NCBI GenBank assembly: GCA_001949185.1
Contig: BDGG01000001.1
Coordinates: forward strand, 6,237,591-6,301,590
Reading direction: 5' to 3'
DNA: 64,000 bases
Origin: Ramazzottius varieornatus
Lineage: Eukaryota; Animalia; Tardigrada
The position numbers were made by a program, and so were the translations under genes. Below are positions 13,595 to 27,088 of the stretch, one piece after another. Each line of letters opens with the position of its first letter. Position 1 is the first letter of the stretch. A model generated the notes under the pieces. The model saw nothing but the letters and a program-made list of their open reading frames with translations. It did not search any database and was not told the origin of the DNA.

Positions 13595-16377
13595 ATGGCA
13601 GAAGACGGAGGTGTGCAGATGCGCTTCGGCGACATGGGTTTGGACGAACGCATTCTGAAGGTAAAACATTCTACCGCACTAATCTCGCAGGGTGACTGGA
13701 TACAGTCAACGTAAGGACTAGTTTCATGCTTTTCTGTAGGCCATCGCCGAACTGGGCTGGAAGGATCCTACGTTGATCCAAGAACGTGCAATCCCTTTGG
13801 CGCTGGACGGGAAAGACATCGTTGCTCGCGCACGCACTGGATCCGGTAAAACCGCCGCATTCCTTATTCCCATCATCCAGAAGATCCTCACTCAGAAGTC
13901 AGGAGTTAGCCAGCAAGCGTGCACAAGAGCTTTGGTTATTGTTCCATCGAAGGAGCTGTCCAAACAGGCGTACAAGAACTTACTGGTACGTCGAAAATGC
14001 ACTTCGCTTTTTAACCAATGTAGTATTGCCACTGACGTCATTGCCTTGTGAGGTTTTACGCGCGATGCACTTGACAGTTTTCGTGTCTGTCGTGACGTCC
14101 TACGTCATGTGATCTGATCGTTGAGTCTTCAGTCTTTCACAATTCTGGCTGTTAGCTTAGCCCGTTCCTCATGCTTTTTGTTGTAGGAACTGACAGTGGC
14201 CTGCTCAGAAGAAGTGAGATGTGTGGATCTGGGGAATCAAGCAGATTTGGCCGCTCAGAGGTACGAATAGCTTTCTGTTTGTAGAAAAGTGTCGCCCGTT
14301 GACAATGAATGTGCCGTGTCGAACAATAATTTTGTTTCAGGCCTCTGTTGAAAGAAAAACCCGATGTGGTGATCGGCACACCAGGCAAAATCTTCGCCCA
14401 TCTCCAGGCGAAGAACCTGGTCGTGAAGGATTCGATGGAAATGTTGGTGCTGGACGAAGCGGACCTTCTGTACTCGTTCGGCTACGAACGGGATATTCAG
14501 AACATCAAGCAGTACCTGCCAGACGCCTGCCAGGTCCTTCTCACATCCGCTACTCTCTCCGAAGAAATCATCAGTTTGAAGAGACTATTCCTTCATAATC
14601 CGGTAGGCGAAACTCGCGTTAACACTGACAACAACGGGTTTGTGATTGTCGTGCAATTGGTGAATGTTGCTTCATTATTGATGCTTGCTGCTCTTGCTTT
14701 TTTCACTGCTGCTCGATGTGCGCTGCCTGCATAGCTTGCTGTGAACTGTGAAGATTAGTTTAACAGGATTTGCTTCCCTACTTCCTTTTGACTTTCCCCT
14801 TTTAGCGGCTGTAGTATCCCGAATATTCGAAACAGTAATTTTTCGGTTGTATCGCTTAGCCTGATTGAAGTGCTGTGGTCGGCTTGTTCGTCCTAGCGTC
14901 TAACTTGAGCAAGCTGAAATCGTATCTGTTGCCACGTATGGTTTTCCACGTACCGTCTGACGTCAAGTAGAATGTTTTTCTGACTGGTGACATATGGCTC
15001 CTTGCAGGTAACGTTGAGGCTGGAGGAAAGCCAGTTGCCGGAAGCTGACCAACTGACACAATACCATATCCAGTGCGACGAAACCGAGAGATTTCTGCTG
15101 ATCTACGCCATGCTCAAGCTCCAGCTGATACAGGGAAAGAGTATCATCTTCGTCAACAGCGTCGACCGTTGCTACAAGCTGAAGCTCTACCTCGAACAGT
15201 TCGCCATCAGGTCCTGCCTCCTCAACTCGGAACTTCCCGTCAACTCCCGTTGTCACATTGTCCAGCAGTTCAATGACGGTGTCTACGACATTCTCATTGC
15301 AAGTGACGAGAATCAGCTGAAAGGCAAAGCTCTCGCGCAGAAAGGAATGAAGGTCTCAAAGAAGAAGGGCGATCGCGAGTACGGCGTTTCTCGTGGAATC
15401 GACTTCCAGAATGTGTCCAACGTTATCAACTTCGACTTTCCCCTGACAGTTGATGCTTACATTCATCGCGTTGGCCGGTAAGAATTGAATTTCTCCCAGA
15501 TTTTCCATGATTTTTCTTTCTAAGCTCAATAGGTTTTAATTAGCGAAAAGGGCTGTGTCGGAGTCAGGGTCGTGCCCCGGTTCTCGATCGGCACGGCCCT
15601 GAGCTAGTCGACTGGAAGTTGATGTTGTTCGCTTATTTCAGCACGGCGCGTGCAGGCAAGCAAGGTACAGCCTTGTCTTTCGTCCTTCCCACTGAATTGC
15701 CACTACTAAACGAGATCGAGAGAATACTTTCTTCTGCACTGGACGATGGTGGCGGTGTTCCCACAAACTCTAACACTCCGTCGTCTTCCACTGCGCCCAC
15801 CACAACGTCTATTTTCCGTCCGTATCAGTTCCGGATGGATCAGATCGAAGGCTTTCGGTACCGAGCTCAGGTATGGAAAACAGATGACGGATCATATTGG
15901 CATTATCTGATTTGACTTCAACATGGTGATGTAGGATGCGATGAGGGCAGTGACGAAAGTGGCAGTCAGGGAATCGCGCATCAACGAAATCAGACAGGAA
16001 ATGCTGAACTCCCAGAAACTCAAGACGTACTTTACGGACAACCCTCGAGATCTACAGGTCCTTCGACACGACAAAACGCTTCATACGGTTCGGGTACAGC
16101 CTCACTTGAAGCACGTACCTGACTACCTGATACCACCTGTACTCCGACCGGTTGTCAAGAGTCGATCGGAAGGTCCCAGAATCCACAAAGGTAGCAGGAA
16201 AAACCAGCCTTCCCGCGGAGCCCTCAGACAAAAGGTACGTTCATGAATCAACTCCCCGGTCTAGAACAACTCACACTTTCGTTTTGTATTTTTCAGAAAC
16301 TGAAAGCGGATCCACTGAGAAGTTTCGAGTTCGAAGGCTTAGCCGAGCTGACGAAGAAAAAGAAACGAACAAAATAA
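13595..16377 (+). CDS. DDX56: DEAD-box RNA helicase DDX56/Dbp9
   Basis: Spliced gene: Q motif [107 protein letters not shown]. Stop TAA at 16375-16377. Confidence 0.95.
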
Positions 16378-18127
16378 GCTCGATAGAATACATCGATTTC
16401 CTTTTATTTGGGTTCTAGCTGTGATTACGACCGTACGACACAAATAAAATAACAGGAAATGGGATAGACCGTAAAACTGGGAATGATCCTGCTGTGGGAA
16501 TTTGTCTGGTTTCACCATTGCGCGGTGTCCTGACGGTAGTCAATCAGGCTGAAAGGTACTAACTGGGATCAGTGTCTTCCTGAATCTTTCATACCCGATG
16601 CCTGGAACAGGAAGTGGAACATACGTTCCCCGAAAGCGGATCCCCGCAGAAGCTTCCTGTCATTTACAAAGGCGCACCTGCTTTACGACTGACACATCTG
16701 TTTCCGCTCCTTCAATCACGGTCTGCGGACAAGGATGGTAAATTAATGATATTGGAGCTTGAGTAAGCAAGGCTGCCTTCTTCATGCTGCATATCGATCC
16801 GATGTGATTGTTACAGTATCTTCCTCGTCATTGCGGCTTTGGTGTATTCATTTGTCTTCCTTTACCCGTTGAGCACACGGAAAGCCAAAATATGAAGTGT
16901 GTATAGACCAATAAATTGTAGAAAATCGGCAGCAGCCCCGTGCTCAACGAGTCGCCGTCAGAGGCCAATAACTCATCGGAAACTGTTCTATCAATATCTT
17001 TAATCAGCTGCAATACATCTCGGTCATCTACTTTTTTCCGGAGGTCTCCATAAACACCGGGTTCATCGAGCGTCTTCTGCACCAGCAAGTCGGTCCTTCG
17101 ATGTCTATCATTCAAAGTAAGCAAGCAAAATTTGACATCGGTGTTTTGCGCAGGTGTTAAAATATAGTATCATTTCCCGGCTTGTGCGTCAGCGGTCTAC
17201 CCGTGTGTGCATTCACGTGGTAAAGCTGTTTCTCAAATTTTTGCGGGTAGTTTGGTAAATTGTGCGGTGTAAGATATGTAAGCAAAGGTCTTCTTGACAA
17301 GGTTCGAAACGGTTTCTGATGGTCGAGCTCTGCCTGGATACACTTACATAAACATATGGCTGTAAATAACTCTTAAAACCCTCTGGCTTCCTCGTTGCGC
17401 TTTTCACTGCAAGTTACAGCCCCATCCCGTGTCCCCTGCTTAAAATAATAGCCTGGCATCTAGCTTTTGACGTCATATTTGTTTGCATGCTAGCTGTCTG
17501 TTCCATCCACTCTGAAATGGCGGACAGAATATTATTACGAAGAGCAACATGAGTGCGCTAGTGTCAAGCGGCATCCTCATTAGCGCCACACACAGACCCA
17601 GCACTCGTAGCCATCATTGACACCAACCACTGTAGCCAATGTCACAACTGCAACAGTTATTTTGGGCTCGTCCGCGTTGGCGTTCCTGGTTCGTGGTGTG
17701 CGTGCAACACGAAGAACCCTGGTAGCGCTCGTGTAGTTCCGCATTTGTGACCGTCTTTCAACTTCAGCCTCATGATTGCTTCTTCTCATGAGATGATCTT
17801 TGTGGCTAATCTGGTTGTTGACTGCCTTCTTTGCCAACTAAACTTACCCACCCATGTCCGTTGCTCAACCCGGGTATTAGACTGAAGCTTTGAACATTCG
17901 CAGAAGCTTCCTCCAATATTTCTTTTCGTCAGTTGCGCTTGAACGGCGGCACGAGCGTTGCTTTGCGTGTCGCACGTTATTACAGCTAGAGAAGACTCAA
18001 ACTGGCGTTCGCCGTTGACGTAGCGTAAGCAGGGGATAGAATGTCGCTGGTCTTTCAAGAAGCCTCCGCCAGCCGTAAAGTAGCCCATACCAATACTATT
18101 CTAGGCACCGTCAGCAGTGCACTTTCC

Positions 18128-19563
18128 ATGACGCATCAACGTGAACGGGAACGTAACCGACCGGAATTCCACCTGTCCCAGGAATCTCTCGAACACTCCC
18201 AGACGAACCCGACGGCGGCTAGTCGCATGTTCTCACCGGCAGCAGATATCCTAACACGCCTTGGGGTGGATCATATGATAACCGGCATTGTTTCCATCAC
18301 TCTTCAGTGTATCTGTGAGTATAAAAACGAAGGTTTGCGAAACTTAGACCTGCCGGAAATTTAAATCGTGCTAAACCATGGATTGCTGACAAGCAAACTA
18401 TTCTAGTAATTTTGAAATAACGCTGTACCGTTTGCCAGTTGGCTCGTACAAACCGCAAAAACCGCCCATCATTTTCGAACCACGCTCATGTCGTCTACGT
18501 TTCTCTTGTAGTGGACTGGATTGTATATCACTGGCCAGTTTACGACTGTGACCACGTCGCCCCACATGTTGCTCAGACCAATGTTGGAATTATTGCCGGA
18601 TTATTTTACATAGTCATTGGCATCGTCGCTGTCAAGATCGGAACCTTTAGCCGCCACTGTTCCGTCAAGGAGATGCGCAAGCGTTTCCGAACATTCCATT
18701 ACTTCAACGCCGCCAACTTCTTCATTACCGTTACTTTCATAACGCTGAACGTTCTTCTGGTCTTTGTCCTCGTACTTCGGCTGAAAGCGTGCACGAGCGT
18801 AGACTGGTCATTTTTGCGGGTCCTCGACGTTGCGGAACTCTTTCCACACGCTCATCCTTCACCAACATCCGAGCTGACGTCGCTGAACGTTACAACCTGG
18901 ACAGCAGCAAGCACAACGCTGAGGACGGTGTCTGCCTTACCACAAACTACCGTGCCACAAGATATCAACGAACACGAGCTGTATGCAGCTATAATGTCCT
19001 CCTTGATCATCAACGGATTTCATGGTTGTATCGGTGGACTGGAAATGATCATGTTTCTCATTGGGTGTTTTCTTTGAAACACCAGACCAGACCGTTTTTT
19101 TCCGTTTTTCCGGCTAATGATGAAAAATGACTTGTACTTATAGACTAGTTTCTGGCCAATCGTTGCTGCTCAACATAGACCATCACCTTCTCTTAAACTC
19201 TTTTGATCAAAGTACTCACCCTGGTCAGGCTCTGCTCAGTGAATGTAGGTACGGGTGAGGGGTAAAAGCGAGTTCAGCGTGCAGGAGATTCTTCGGCAAA
19301 AGCCAACGTTATTCCGTCATCAGATTGCCACGGGCAACGTCCAGGGCCCAATGTTCCTTCACTCCTTGTCTGATTGTCGTGGAAAAATACCCTCTTTAGA
19401 GCAAGGTCTTGGAAATTGTCCAGGAGTATGGTATTATTCTCTCGAAACCTACGAGCACTTTGGCTCGATCGAAGCTCCATCTGTGGGGCTGCTAAATATG
19501 CCGGAGCTTAGTCGTCCTCTCGACAATATGGTGGCACTTCCTACGTACCCTGACGCATGGTAG
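18128..19563 (+). CDS. MS4A/CD20-like tetraspan membrane protein
   Basis: Exons ~18128-18314 and 18512-19066 plus 3' exons. Four hydrophobic helices (LGVDHMITGIVSITL; VGIIAGLFYIVIGIVAV; FFITVTFITLNVLLVFVLVL; SLIINGFHGCIGGLEMIMF); C-terminal LPTY. Confidence 0.6.
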
Positions 19564-19621
19564 TACAAAACACAGTGGCTGTAGGCTCTCTGGATGAGGA
19601 AGCGATTACGAAAACTGTCAG

Positions 19622-19770
19622 TACACGCGCCTAGCCGAATTGTTGGTATGGACAAAACAGTCGGCAGGCGGCCGAAAGCAGCAATGGCCAGCTTGATTTA
19701 ATGTGCGTTGCCGCTTTCGGTCGGCTGCCAATTGTTTTATCCATTCAAGCAATTAGGTCAGGCACGTGTA
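19622..19770. mobile_element. TA-flanked MITE with CACG termini
   Basis: ta-cacgcgcctagcc ... ggtcaggcacgtg-ta; palindromic throughout. Confidence 0.75.
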
Positions 19771-19801
19771 CAGAATGTGAGGATATTATAGTTATACAGG
19801 G

Positions 19802-20363
19802 TACACGCGGCTGGCCTAATTATTGGCCTGGACAAGATTTCTGGCCGCAGTTTACCGCAGAGATTGTTATATTGTAACAGAAACTAGCCCTGTGACGTCA
19901 GCAAGTAAAATTTCGCAGCGCAGTGTGTAAATTACAGTGTCATTCCAGGTTTCGTTTCTTATTTTGTGCTTCTTTTCCCATCTTGAGCAAACTTGCCCCG
20001 TAAAATGCCGGAAGGTCATAAGAGCAAGAGAGGGCGAAAGTATACGGAGGATAGCCTGGAAAATGTCGTTCGTGCGGTGGTAGAAGGAATGTCAGTTCGA
20101 AATGCCTTGCTCACGTATGGTGATCCGCATATGGTCAACTGCGAAAGATTCCCCATAGCTCAGAAGATAATCAAGTTTACGACGATTGAGAAGATCTTTG
20201 CAAAAAGTTCGGGTATTCGGGTAGGTGAAGGCCGTAAAGCGGCAATGTGTGGTGAAAGCTAATTCTGTTCCAACCGTAACCGAATAGAGCTGGCGCGGCC
20301 GCTGATTCGGAAAACACTGGCCAGAGATCTTGTCCAGGCCAGTAATTCGGCCCACCGCGTGTA
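19802..20363 (+). mobile_element. Internally deleted pogo/Tigger-like DNA transposon
   Basis: ~50-bp TIRs (cacgcgg..aatta.tggcctggacaagat.tctggcc) with TA on both sides. Internal ORF MPEGHKSKRGRKYTEDSLENVVRAVVEGMSVRNALLTYG resembles a pipsqueak-type HTH; no DDE domain. Confidence 0.8.
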
Positions 20364-21841
20364 CAAAATGAATCCCTGCAGTTAATCTTTAGTATAGTCA
20401 CAATAGATTTGATGTATTGGGTCGGATGGTCACCTGCAGGGAAGCCTTTTGTAAATTGTATTACCCGACCGCTAGAAATGGGTACAGCTGATGTCTTTCC
20501 ACATTTGCCCCATGGTTTTGCGAGGAAAACTTGCAACTCGTCGTCTTGCATGGCTTTTTCGAACGTCTTACTCCTTGAGGGTATACCGCATGCATGGGGA
20601 CTTAGCATCAAACAGGAACAAAAAGCTGTCTGGGAATTCGCCTGCGCGGGCCTTAATCAGAGGTCCGATATACACCCGCATGGGGCGACTAAACCGCAGG
20701 GGTATTCGCGGTATCTCTGGCTATTAGGAGTGTACTACAGCCAGGCTCATGGCAACCCCATGGTCCTCCTTCGCTCACACGTATAGTCTGATCCCGTTGC
20801 CTGATCATGATGATTCAGGCACCACCGTAAAAAAGAAACTTCACTCTTTTTGACCACGCGATCATTAATTTGGAACTTCAGTCAATCAATTGATGAGAAT
20901 GGGTGATTTGAGTACGGAACTGAGGGCTACTTTTGGATGCTTCATTTCCATCACGTGACAGTCTCAGGGAAAAAAACTAAACTGATAAAACTAAAATAAT
21001 AAAAATAAGATGGCGAAAATAATTCACTGTACCGCACCCGAACCTTCCCTAACTGTAACGAGGTATTTGGGTTTTTGGTCCTACTAACCTGTATCCGCGA
21101 TCTGATTTCCGTGGCGAGTTTCATCGCCCTCATGCTTTGATACGACATGGACTAACGGTTGAACCACCGAAGTATACTGTTGGCAGCAGAATTCCGAAGA
21201 GGAACAGACGCTGGGGTTATCTCTTCAGTAGCACAGCATTAAATTACAAAAGTTCCATCCGCATGAGCGCCTGTCTGTACCGCACCAGATCGGTAAGATG
21301 ACAAATAGGTCTGAAATATCTGATGCGCATGGAGCACCTCTAATGCTATAATATCGCCTGCGTAGGTAACAATACGATCACTCAACTACTGCAGAAGATC
21401 GCAGACGAAGTTTTGGACCGTGACGTACATTCTGCTTGTTCCAACATCCTGTCAGAGGTCGACGATTCCCTACGGTCTATATCAGCCGGAAGCTTCATTC
21501 TGACTAACAAGCAGGCGCTGGAGTAAGAATCTGAAAATTTTCCAGCGTAGTCATGCCGTGCAGGACCACAGTATACTATGCCACTTCTTTTGTGGAGCTC
21601 GTTCAGGTGCTTAGCGCATTGCTGGAGTAGTCTGTTTTGGTGTATCAGGTTAGAGACAGTGAAGTGGTAGCTCAAAAATTCCTAAGGTAAATGATGTTCA
21701 GCGGGGAAGGATCGAACTCAATGAAATCCTTCTCACCCAGTCCGAAAGATTCTAAGATTCCTCAGTTCTTATTTCTAAAATACTTTATTTAGAAGCACGT
21801 ATGAAAACATATAACGAGTGGAAAATCGAACTTTGTCCACA

Positions 21842-24800
21842 CTATGACTTAGAATCTTCAACTCGTTCGAATATGTTGACGATCAGTTGGTGCATCTGCT
21901 TCAGCTCGTCATCCATCACATGAACCCTAAGAACAATGCTATCCATTAAATACGATTTTCCTGTCGTTCGCATTTATCGTACCGTTTCCGCAAATCCTTC
22001 GTATACATCTTCTTGGTGGCGGCAGCTTGCTCTCGTTCTTTCTCCACCTCCGTAGTACCGGCGCTTTTGGATTCGTCCCGCGCATCCCTCAACGCTTCCG
22101 GCGTGGTTCCACCGGCCAACCATCGGATAACCTACAACACATCATACAGAAACGATTAGGTAAGCACGAGGAAAATTCATGAAGATTCTGTAGACCTTTG
22201 AGCCAGCAGAATGGTCGGTTCTACCAGGATAGAAGCGATACTCTTCGCACTGCAGTTGGATTCTTTCCACCCATCGAAATGGAAAAGTTTTCTCCAAGTT
22301 TTCATGCAGCGCCACCTGGCGCAGCAACCTCATGGCCGTGGCGTTACGGCGGACGGACTGCATATCGACAACCGCCAAACCCAGCAGGACGTTGAACAGG
22401 AAGAACGACATGATGGTCAGTCCCAACCAGTAGAAAATGTACCACAAAAATCGGAAGGGGGCCTTATTCTCCAAAAACGGAATGGAAAAGTTGTCGACGG
22501 TTTCGAGATCGCCGAGGAGCCAGCTAACAACCCGCATAAACGCTGTGGGTAACCATTGCATGGTCGTTTGTAGCTCCTCCGGATCCAGTGGTTTCTGAAA
22601 CCCATAATGTTCCGGCTAGCATCAGCTCGAGCGCATAACTGACTCATAGTAGCGCTATGTTGTTGGCATACCTTCAGATCGTAAAAGTCTGGATCATCGG
22701 GGAAAATCATTGTGTAGTAGAGGGCGTTGTACGAAATCCCGAATGCGAAAATTAGTATTGAAAAGAAGATGAACACCATGAAGAAAGCACGGAAGACCGC
22801 GAAGAAAGCCACCGAATACATGCCAACGGATCCGAATCTGAAAATAATTGGTAGGTTGGTACCTGTTTCCTCTGACGAGTGAGGCACTTCGGATGTCTGG
22901 TTCGCACTTACGGACGGAAGAATCTCAGTAAGTTCAAGTATGCCAGAAAGATAGAGATAGCGGCAAAGTCGTAAGTCAAGTAAACTGTTCGTGGATCCGT
23001 TCTATCCGGCAAGTCCAGAAATCTGACAAAGCCAATGCAGCAGCAGACCAGCACGATCTGCACATAGTTGGTCCAATCTCGGAAGTATTTCAGCCCCTGA
23101 CGTAAAGTGTTGTTGTAGAGCAAAGTTATATATTGTCCACGATGTGCGGTTGTGTGTTCTAACCTCGGAGATCAAATCGAAAACCTCCTTCATGGACACT
23201 ATGGTCAGTGCAAAGATGAACATGATGACGTAGTGGGCGCTGTTGAACGTGGGCAACTTAGTACTGGCTATGTGGACGATCTGATCGAAATCCGTGTCCT
23301 TCAGCGCATCTGGGTGGTGCTCCATCACATTGTGGACAGTCGTGTTGTACAAGAAGGGCCGAAGCTCTGTGTTGACCGATTGAACGGTAACCCAAGTTAG
23401 GAGAAAAACGAATACAATGTTGGCCAACAGTATGGCACACGAAGTGTAGCATCCGTAAATCCTCCTGAAAACCCGAGGTGATTATTCATTCTTACACGTA
23501 CGGTGAAGGAAGTATGAAACCATTTCTGTTCCAGAAGGACTTGGACGACGGGATGCATCAAAAGGCCGTAATGTTTCTGCCGGCTCATGGCCTTCATCAC
23601 AGCCATCGGGCTTTCTGGAATCTCTGTACTGTGAGTCCTCTCATCATTTTGGAACGAGATGGCGCTCCGCTTGGCTTTTCGTGTATGTAGAAGTTCGAAG
23701 TCGTACTTCACCTGAAGATGTCCACTCATCTTTACATTATTCTATCCGTACAATATTCCGTTTACTTACATAAGGTTCATGGGTAAATTCGTCCTCGTGA
23801 TTGGTAATGCAACGGTCAAGACATGCCTGAAAGAAGTTACTAATCGCTATAGGAAGCTGTAGTACACAGTATTGCCAGACCAGAGTGACATTTAGTGAAG
23901 TACCTTCATGACATCAGGAAGTTCCTCAGTGAGTGCAACCAATAAAGCCTTCTGCTTCTGTGGACCATCTTTCGAGCCTGCTTGCATAACGTAGTCTTTC
24001 CAGTGTTCGCTTTGCACGAATGCTAGAGCGGCGTTTGAGCTCCGTTTCATCACTGCCAAACGGAAAGCAGACACTCCCTCGTTATTTTTAGAATTTTTGG
24101 AACCATTCAAGAGCAGACATTTGACCGCTTCTTCTTTGTTGTTTTGCGCGGCCAAATGAAGAGCAGTCATCTAGAAGCATGACGATTTATCAAGCTTGAT
24201 GACAACTTTGCATGGTAGCAGATACTGTCACAGACGTACCCCGTTGTGGTCATGTTTATTCAAACAGGAAGCACAGTGCTGGAAAATCGACTGGAGTATA
24301 CCTGTGTAACATACATCCGTAGGTCGAGTAGGATGAAGCGATGCACCGCATTTTGACTGCACTGCGCTGTCTCCTTACCTGCAGACCCATTGGCCGCTGC
24401 AAAGTGCAAAGGAGTCCACCCAAAGTTATCACTGCAGAAGCGACGCATTTCGCGTGGGTGATCATGTGATACATTGTAGCGATAGTTTTAAGTTGGACGA
24501 ACTTACGCAGCACAAACAGCTCCCATTTTGATCAGGTAGCTAACGAGGTCCTCGTGTCCGTATCTTGCTGCGATATGGTACACTGCTCTCCCTTTGACGT
24601 CCGCAACATTCAGGTACACCGAAAAATTCTCGATCCGTGCTAGAAGTTTTTGTACTAGATCGAGAGACCCGAGCTTGACGACGAAATGCAACAGAGTCTT
24701 CCCTTTGCCGCTTCTTGTCCATGGATTTGCTCCGATATCCAGTAGGCCCAGTAGGGTTTCAGCCACGCCACCCATTGCCGCGTAGTGTACTGCTGCGAAA

Positions 24801-26516
24801 CCTTCCTGATCCAGAATATCCAGCAAGTTTATCTTGTCAGGATTCTGTGGATAAGAATAGGAATTACGCCATATGGGAAAGCTGCACACTATGTTAATTC
24901 AAGGTCTTTTTCTGGAAGCGTGCGCCAGCGCTTCCCCAGGTAGCGACTTGGGGAATCAGTCTTGTCGAATTCCCAAGCGGCGTGCAGTTACAGTGATACT
25001 GGATGGAAGTGTGCGCCACATGGAAAGACGATTTGGTCAAGTTTGCCGAGCTCGACCTACTGTAGTACGAACATTCTAAAGAACTTTCCTCGAGCTTACG
25101 TTTTCCAGGTATCGGACGAAACTATCGCATTCCGTCAGATTCATGCCACCAATGGCTGCCTCGTGTGCCAAATGTCTCCCCGATGAGGAATTTGTTTCGA
25201 ATGGATCCAGATGGAGATCTCCCAACAGGTAGTCCACGTTACCCCACGCACCAGTGCTGGCAGCCAAGTGGAGGGCCGACATGGTCCCGTCGTCTGTGTT
25301 ATTCGATACCGAACCTCCTTTTCCCACCAGAAATTTGAGCAATGTTGGTGCATTCAGCAAGGCGGCTCGCTGTACGGGAGTAAAATGTTCGAAGTCCTTC
25401 TTCGGTGAACTGGTAAGCGTGTTTTTGAATTCGGAAGGCTGCGCTTCCGCCATCATTTCCAGCAAATCCATACTTCCTTGTCCGCAGGCCAAATGCACAG
25501 GGGTCGACTGCGTAGCCTGCCAGACAAATCTAATTATTCATACAGCCATGCACGTCTCGTTATTGTAAGAAAAGGTTTTCGTTATGGGTACTTCATGTTG
25601 CTTGTGGTCGATAGGGGCTCCATGCTTCAGTAGCGACTCTACACACCGCACTTTGTGACGTTGAACGGCCCAGTGTAACGCTGTAGAGCCTTCCTTATCT
25701 TCCAACGTAACCAACTGGTACGTCGAGCCTACAATATAACTTCATGATATCGACGCAATGGCACATTATGTTAATTCCGGAAACTATTCCAAATTTCCTA
25801 TGCGAAAGTATTTGTTTATTTGTACGGGGAGTCTTGGCGGACCTTGCTCTGCACTCCATGTCAATAAGTGTTCTAGCACGCCGACCGATCCGTGAGACGC
25901 CGCAATGTGCACAGCGGACAACCCGAAGAAACATTTCTGTTTAGCCAGCACGTTTGCGCGATGCTGGATTAGAAGCTTTACTGCGTCAACATTATCGATT
26001 TCTGCAGCGACGTGCAGAAGGCGCTTTCCCTTGTCATTGACTTCCTCCACGGAACATTCCGAATTTTCAAGAAGTGTCTGTAAAAAAGACGAACTAAAGA
26101 AGATTTAACATGCGCCACGTTTCGCAAGACTGTAAGTGTATCACGGTATTTCCAAATCAACTTTTCCAAATTCCATTGTTTTTATTCTGTTACTGTAAAT
26201 ACTCCCTGCGTCCGCGCAGACGTCATCGTCACAGTGAAGTACAGCCCCGGTCCGGTTCCACGGATTGCGCTATCCTCTACGGGGGTGCAGCGTCGCATAC
26301 GTGTACGTACTGCGCGGACGCAGCGAATATTTACAGTATTGGTGAATTCCGTACCTTCAGGAGGGTGGCGTCCTTGCTGTAAACTGCATCGAAAAGATTT
26401 GGCTCCGGTACGTCCGCTGCAAAGTTGAACCTACCCAAGTCTCTGGAATTCCTGGATGACAGAGGGGAGACTGGTGTCATTGGGATGTCATCCTTCCTGG
26501 AACCTTTCTTCCTCAT
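21842..26516 (-). CDS. TRPA-family ankyrin-repeat cation channel
   Basis: Many short exons with >10 ankyrin repeats (LLHVAAE, AVHIAAS, ALHWAVQ, PVHLACGQG, ALHLAAS, AVHYAAMGG, TPLHFAAANG, TALHLAAQ). Then LLMHPVVQVLLEQKW, YFRDWTNY, six TM helices, pore LLGDLE, LFNVLLGLAVVDMQSVRRNA..RL and a C-terminal coiled coil. Stop TAG at 21842-21844. Confidence 0.9.
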
Positions 26517-26745
26517 CGTAACTCAGTAAAATAGCGTTCCGATCAATGGCCCACGAATAGAAACACTATCTTCGAAGGTCTTTCCAACATCGCGGCGCAA
26601 AGACGAAAAAAGTTGTTGGTACAGTCTAACACGGAAAAATCTGGCGAGTAAGCTAACTAAAGTGTAGTACTTATGTGCTGGACCGACCTTACCATGAAAT
26701 CGAACAAAGTGCAGTTTACCTAAGATAACCGTATCCTTTTCTCGT

Positions 26746-26913
26746 TACACGCGCCTGGCCCAAATGTAGGGATGGACAAAAATGTGGGGAACGAAGCGAA
26801 AGCGACTGTGCTTCGATTGATTCAGTTGATTGGTCAACCATAGCTGGCCCGTGTCGCTTTCGCTCCGTTCCCCACACTTTTGTCCATCCCCACACTTAGG
26901 CCAGGCACGTGTA
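26746..26913. mobile_element. TA-flanked MITE with CACG termini
   Basis: ta-cacgcgcctggcc..gggatggacaaaa ... ttttgtccatcccc..ggccaggcacgtg-ta. Confidence 0.8.
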
Positions 26914-27088
26914 CTAGAACTAACGTGTCGTTTGCTTTACTTTGGTTAGGACGCATGCATTGAAGCCAAACGTCTTTTGGCCTGGATGCCAAGAGGTTTA
27001 AGTACAAAATAGCGTTGCGTGGAATCTGAGAGAGAGCAACAGAATGAGAAGCTGAGAACAAATTTAGGAGTTCAAGTAAGTCGCTTTG

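Noticed and set aside
16500-17580. Possible minus-strand gene between DDX56 and the MS4A-like gene
   Set aside because: Splice-like signals are present, but I could not build a consistent frame or recognise a domain.
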